Shown here in pieces: positions 60,087 to 64,000 of a stretch of 64,000 bases of DNA. The stretch is from positions 1,824,001-1,888,000 of the forward strand of contig CP000071.1 in the NCBI GenBank assembly GCA_000002445.1, written 5' to 3'. The DNA comes from Trypanosoma brucei (taxonomy: Eukaryota). Under the pieces are notes generated by a model, which worked only from the letters and a program-made list of their open reading frames with translations, had not been told where the DNA came from and ran no database searches. Position 1 is the first letter of the stretch. Each line of letters starts with the position of its first letter. The position numbers and the translations under genes are program-made.

Positions 60087-60467
60087 GTTGTAGCCGCCGA
60101 TTGGGGCTGCTTACTTGAAAATGCGACCACCGAGTGTGTTCTCCTCAAATAAAGGAGTTTGGTGGCGCATCAGGTGGCTCCACAGAAACGGTGTTGCGTG
60201 TAAAATAACTGAAAATTATTGGATATCTCAGGGCGCGTTCCCCTCTCCCCTTTCCGATAGCACACGGCACACGGGGTTGCATTTCGCACTCCGAACCACG
60301 TATATACATCCGTGTATATCGGATGGTGATCTTTGTTTATGTGCTTGCCTTCACTCGCTTTCTTCCCCCCCCCTCCTATTGTGTGTCCTTCTCCCCACAA
60401 AATATGTTAACACACATTTGTGCATTCGTGCGTGCACATTCAAAATGAAACGTGTCACTGTCCGTAC

Positions 60468-61772
60468 ATGTACCAAATGAATGACACGAAAGAACAGAAA
60501 CAAACTGCTACCATCAGTCTGTCAACGATGGAAGAAAAGATGACGAAGATTGACACTGTGATTGGGTCAGCCCTCTTCGGTGCCAACAGACCAAAGGAAA
60601 CGGGGACGCCGTACACAAGCGCGGGTGGGGGCGAGGTGTACTTCAATCCCTCCAACCTTCTTGGCTACGTGTGGAACTATGTTAAGGATGAACGTGCTCG
60701 TGGAGACTCCAGTGGAATGGGTGTGTCTGGACCGGACCTCCACATGCGACCTCCGCAGTGGATGGAAGACAAAAATGTTTCCATTGATGGTACGCCGCTG
60801 ACGGAGGAAGAACTCAGAGCACCCAACTTTTGGCAGACAAAGTACAAACGCGAGCTCGACATTGGGGAAGCTATTCAGGAGGTTAAGCGAACCCGACGGA
60901 CGGAGGCTACACACGATATTGTTGGCTCCATATCGTGGCTTGGGCGCAAACTGGGATGGTCGGAGCCACTGGACGAACAGTACGCTCGTAAAAAGGTGGA
61001 GGAGCGTTACCGACTTCTCGGAGGCCAAGATACCACAGGTTCGGTTGTGGATGAAGCGACGACGGGACAGAAAATAGGGGTAGCCACACCATGGAAGGTT
61101 TTGCTTGAGTCCGTAGAGACTGGAAGACCCGTTGCGAAAGTGGCGAATGAGCGTCGGCTGTGTGTCGACTTTTACGGTGTTGATCATTTTTTCGACGCAC
61201 GACTCCCACTTATCTGGTTCACCACAAAATGCGGCATCGCCGTGGGAATCATTCAGGGATCACTCAAGGCTATCCAAGCGGTGAACGTCGACGTGCAGTT
61301 TCTTAAAGCATCCGGCGTAGGGATCCTTTCCATTCTTAACATGTCAGTGTTTGCCAGTGTCGTAAAGTGGGGTGGAAATTGTGCTCTCTTCTCAACGGCG
61401 TTTTGCTTTGGGGATAGTCTTGCAACATCTTTGAAGTACTTTTTATTGCCTCCACATGATGCACGGCAGCGTAGCATCCTCAACTACTCTCTCGGGTTTG
61501 CCATGTCTGGCTCCACAGTCGGTATCTTACCGTGGTGGATCCTAAGTGACATGAGCTTGGCCTTTCGGCTCAGTGTTTCCGGTGCTTTCGTGGGTGGCAT
61601 ACTCGGCCTTGCAGTCGGAACTGTCATGCGCCGTCTGGTAATACTCAATACGACACGGCTGGAGGCAACAAATCGAGAGCTTCGACGTTATGAGGCCCTC
61701 ATGCGTCGCCAGCGTTGCTGGGTGGAAGAAGAACGGTTAAAGGCAACGAATCAGAGGCTTGTGTGGTGGTAA
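60468..61772 (+). CDS. Hypothetical multi-pass membrane protein
   Basis: The track start at 60420 is a GTG. The first ATG is at 60468. The C-terminal third has several Gly/Ala-rich hydrophobic helices: FASVVKWGGNCALFSTAFCFG, GFAMSGSTVGILPWWIL and GAFVGGILGLAVGTVM. The N-terminal half is soluble and charged. Confidence 0.5.
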   Translation: MYQMNDTKEQKQTATISLSTMEEKMTKIDTVIGSALFGANRPKETGTPYTSAGGGEVYFNPSNLLGYVWNYVKDERARGDSSGMGVSGPDLHMRPPQWMEDKNVSIDGTPLTEEELRAPNFWQTKYKRELDIGEAIQEVKRTRRTEATHDIVGSISWLGRKLGWSEPLDEQYARKKVEERYRLLGGQDTTGSVVDEATTGQKIGVATPWKVLLESVETGRPVAKVANERRLCVDFYGVDHFFDARLPLIWFTTKCGIAVGIIQGSLKAIQAVNVDVQFLKASGVGILSILNMSVFASVVKWGGNCALFSTAFCFGDSLATSLKYFLLPPHDARQRSILNYSLGFAMSGSTVGILPWWILSDMSLAFRLSVSGAFVGGILGLAVGTVMRRLVILNTTRLEATNRELRRYEALMRRQRCWVEEERLKATNQRLVWW

Positions 61773-62095
61773 GGTTGTGTACACACACACACATCGTTTT
61801 TAATTAGTTGTGCTTACCTGACTGGTCGCTCGTACTGAGGGGAAAGTGCTGCTCATTTCCTTCATGGAGAAAAGATTCTACCGCAACTGCTCACGTGATC
61901 CTTACCCAACTTGAGTTAGCCTGACTTTTAAAAAAAAAAACTGCGGCGCACATTGCTGACGACATCATCATATTCAATTTTTACACATGCCCATTAACAA
62001 GTATTCGTAACCACCTCCAGGGGGGAGTGCAGCAAATAAAAGGGAATAGCGCAAAGGCGGGGCTGGAGAAATTAAAAGGTGGAAAGGCGTAGCGA

Positions 62096-63214
62096 ATGAA
62101 CAGGGGGTCGGTGGCCGGCGCTATTGCTCTCAAACGGCGATGTCATCATGTAATTGACGCATTGGGTGCCAGGACTCCGCCAGAAGCGTTTCTTTTCCGC
62201 GGGAATGCTTACATGGCTTTGGGCCAGCCGTACTTTGCCTTAGCGGACTACAACACGGCGGCTCAAGTGTTGCAGCTATCGGGCCAGCATCAGCAGCGCT
62301 GTCAGGAAGCACTGCTGCGCTTCCCGCCGCACCAAGTAGGTGTCTACCCGGCCGACAACTCACACCTACACATTCATGTGCATCCATACCTCAACGAGGA
62401 ATGCGAAGTGAAACAAATTGATGCCGTGATCGGTCGTGGAATTGTGGCGAGGGAAAACCTCAAGAAGGGCACAGTTGTAATCCAGCGGGCCGAACCTTGG
62501 ATGCGGTACCCGGTTGCTGACGGCCTCTGCGCACTGTGCACCAAACCTCTGCCAGAGAGGTTCTTTACATGCACAAACCCCCGTTGCCACGAGGAATACT
62601 GCAGCCGCGATTGTAGAACAATAGCTCTTTCTCGTTATCACTCTCGTACTTGTCGCATAGAGGGTTTGCAAGCTATCGAACTTGACTTATTCTCACAAAT
62701 GAAATCATCTGAAGCAGCTACAGACAAAAACTCAGCGGCCGCCCAACTGCTGATGCTGCGTGTTTTAGCTGCATCGCTGCAGCAGCAAATTGTTCCTTCA
62801 GCGCTGAGTGAAGTGCGTATTCTAAGCGGTAGGTTGCTCTTCTCCCCAGCAGCCCTCGCAGGAAAGTTTCTGGAAATCTACGAACGTTTCACCAGGGCAT
62901 GTTCCACCTCCACCTCCATTCCCTACGAGGAAATGATTGGAGTTTTGGCGCGTGTGACAACCAACTGTTTCCACCGGGAGAATTGTGTAGAGCTGAGCCT
63001 TCCCCGCTCTCTCCTGAACCATTCGTGTGACGCAAACGTAGCGGAGGATGCTGAAACGGGGGAGATGAGAACGACGCAGGATGTCGCACGGGGTACAGAA
63101 CTCACCATTAATTACTATCCACAACTGAAGGAACTGAATTATAAAAGCCGCTCGAGAGAGCTCGAGCGGCGTGGCTTCGTTTGCTGTTGTTCCCGATGCA
63201 GGAGGGAGAGGTAA
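62096..63214 (+). CDS. SET + MYND zinc-finger protein (SMYD-like) with N-terminal TPR-like region
   Basis: The ORF starts with ATG. The MYND-like finger is CALCTKPLPERFFTCTNPRCHEEYCSRDCRTIALSRYHSRTC. The SET signature is NHSCDANV...GTELTINYY. The post-SET cluster is GFVCCCSRC. Confidence 0.75.
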   Translation: MNRGSVAGAIALKRRCHHVIDALGARTPPEAFLFRGNAYMALGQPYFALADYNTAAQVLQLSGQHQQRCQEALLRFPPHQVGVYPADNSHLHIHVHPYLNEECEVKQIDAVIGRGIVARENLKKGTVVIQRAEPWMRYPVADGLCALCTKPLPERFFTCTNPRCHEEYCSRDCRTIALSRYHSRTCRIEGLQAIELDLFSQMKSSEAATDKNSAAAQLLMLRVLAASLQQQIVPSALSEVRILSGRLLFSPAALAGKFLEIYERFTRACSTSTSIPYEEMIGVLARVTTNCFHRENCVELSLPRSLLNHSCDANVAEDAETGEMRTTQDVARGTELTINYYPQLKELNYKSRSRELERRGFVCCCSRCRRER

Positions 63215-63579
63215 CCTTACCGCACAGGCTTTGTTGTGAAACCACCGGCTGTGTGGTTGAGAAGGTGCGCGGTATCCTTGTCTGTTTATGGTGCGTGAGT
63301 GGTGGAAAAGTTTCCGATGTCCGAATCTCGTGACCCTTCGGCAACCGTGTAATGAGCAACCCACAAAGCGCTCGCGCATCCGAAAAAAAGTTGAGTTTCC
63401 TTGCGCGAGGGCCCCCTAAATGTGTGATTCCCCGAGGTTTATTTTTTTTATTATTATCCCCTTTCTTTGTGGATGACTTTGCAATTTCTTTCCCAGTGCG
63501 TGTATGGCTGTAGTGAAGCATAATAGCACATAGGAAAAAGCGTGTAGGGTTTTATTATATTACAACCGGCTTCATAACG

Positions 63580-64000
63580 ATGCTTAAAACCGTGCTACTA
63601 CTTGACGGAAGTGAGGCGGTGAACTGCTCTTTGGACTACCTCCCCACGCGGCTGATTGCTCTCCGCCCTCAGCTCAACAAATTTGTGCACACCTACCTCG
63701 ATGCCAATCCCTTAGCATCACTCGGTGTCGTTGTGATGCGAGACGGTGTGGCCCAACGCCTTATCCCTTGCACAACGAATGCCACAGACATTGTACAAAC
63801 TCTGGAGCTGAAGTATTTTCGATTTGGTGGCTCAGGGGCAATGTCGTTGGAGAATGGACTGCGCATGGCCCTTTCCGAGCTGGTGGACCTCAGGCGGATT
63901 GCAAAGCGACTGCGAGAAAATAACTCGGGTTCCACTGGCAGCGACGTGCAGGAGGATGTCACGTCGCGTCTTCGTATAGTTCTCGCCTCGTCATCGGTAA
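63580..64000 (+). CDS. TFIIH subunit p44/SSL1-like protein, N-terminal vWA domain (3'-truncated by window end)
   Basis: There is an ATG at 63580 after a polyY tract. The frame stays open to the window end. The sequence LLLDGSEAVN...YLDANPLASLGVVVMRDGVAQRLIPCTTNATDIVQTLE...GSGAMSLENGLRMALSEL is collinear with the GTF2H2/Ssl1 vWA domain (VVDGS..M...FDQNPISQIGIIVTK..RAEKLTELSGNP..HI..L..GEPSL.N.L..A). Confidence 0.6.
   Translation, partial: MLKTVLLLDGSEAVNCSLDYLPTRLIALRPQLNKFVHTYLDANPLASLGVVVMRDGVAQRLIPCTTNATDIVQTLELKYFRFGGSGAMSLENGLRMALSELVDLRRIAKRLRENNSGSTGSDVQEDVTSRLRIVLASSSV

Noticed and set aside
36-60420. Track ORF starts that are GTG or TTG. They are translated as M at 36, 2028, 12202, 30580, 31912, 34295, 43906, 47088, 49096, 59373 and 60420.
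   Set aside because: Nuclear genes of eukaryotes initiate at ATG. I moved these CDS starts to the first in-frame ATG. The first ORF is instead treated as 5'-truncated.
1-64000. Search for CRISPR arrays, prokaryotic operon structure, rRNA or tRNA genes, and ingi/RIME/SLACS retroposons
   Set aside because: None were found. The only repeats are microsatellites and short tandem units. There are no long direct or inverted repeats, and no RT- or endonuclease-like ORFs.

Overview
The window reads as a trypanosomatid nuclear chromosome segment, most likely from the Trypanosoma brucei group. Every convincing gene is on the + strand, which fits the interior of one polycistronic transcription unit. No strand-switch region is present. 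Intergenic regions carry polypyrimidine tracts, which are candidate trans-splicing signals. They also carry abundant (TA)n, (TG)n and (CA)n microsatellites, homopolymer T and A runs, and C-rich tracts.

About 29 protein-coding genes are supported, two of them cut by the window edges. Recognisable products are:
- inositol-tetrakisphosphate 1-kinase (ITPK1)
- a Pam18/Tim14-like J-protein with HSD in place of HPD
- a protein prenyltransferase alpha-repeat protein
- a PLAA/Doa1 homologue (WD40, PFU and PUL domains)
- two tandem PHO80-like cyclins
- a SPRY protein
- an acyl-protein thioesterase-like hydrolase
- two tandem membrane-anchored SDR oxidoreductases
- a PABPN1-like RRM protein
- the chagasin-family cysteine peptidase inhibitor ICP
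- two SMYD-like SET/MYND proteins
- IBA57/CAF17
- a protein kinase carrying leucine-rich repeats, an MGCGASS acylation motif and an HWD catalytic loop
- CDC20
- a UBC12-like E2
- the start of a TFIIH p44/SSL1-like vWA protein

I found no rRNA, tRNA, CRISPR array or recognisable retroposon (ingi, RIME, SLACS). The helper ORF track translates GTG and TTG as M, so several CDS starts were moved to the first in-frame ATG.

The most interesting items are:
- a 4.6-kb ORF-free, repeat-dense spacer between the two cyclin paralogues
- a 4-kb ORF-free spacer upstream of CDC20 that contains a perfect 16-bp palindrome
- degenerate catalytic motifs in the J-protein (HPD to HSD), in a cyclophilin-like ORF (FHR to LHD) and in the kinase (HRD to HWD)
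- the predicted dual acylation of the kinase

I did not see anything that demands an explanation outside normal kinetoplastid genome organisation. The long spacers are the best place to look for unannotated ncRNAs or regulatory UTRs.
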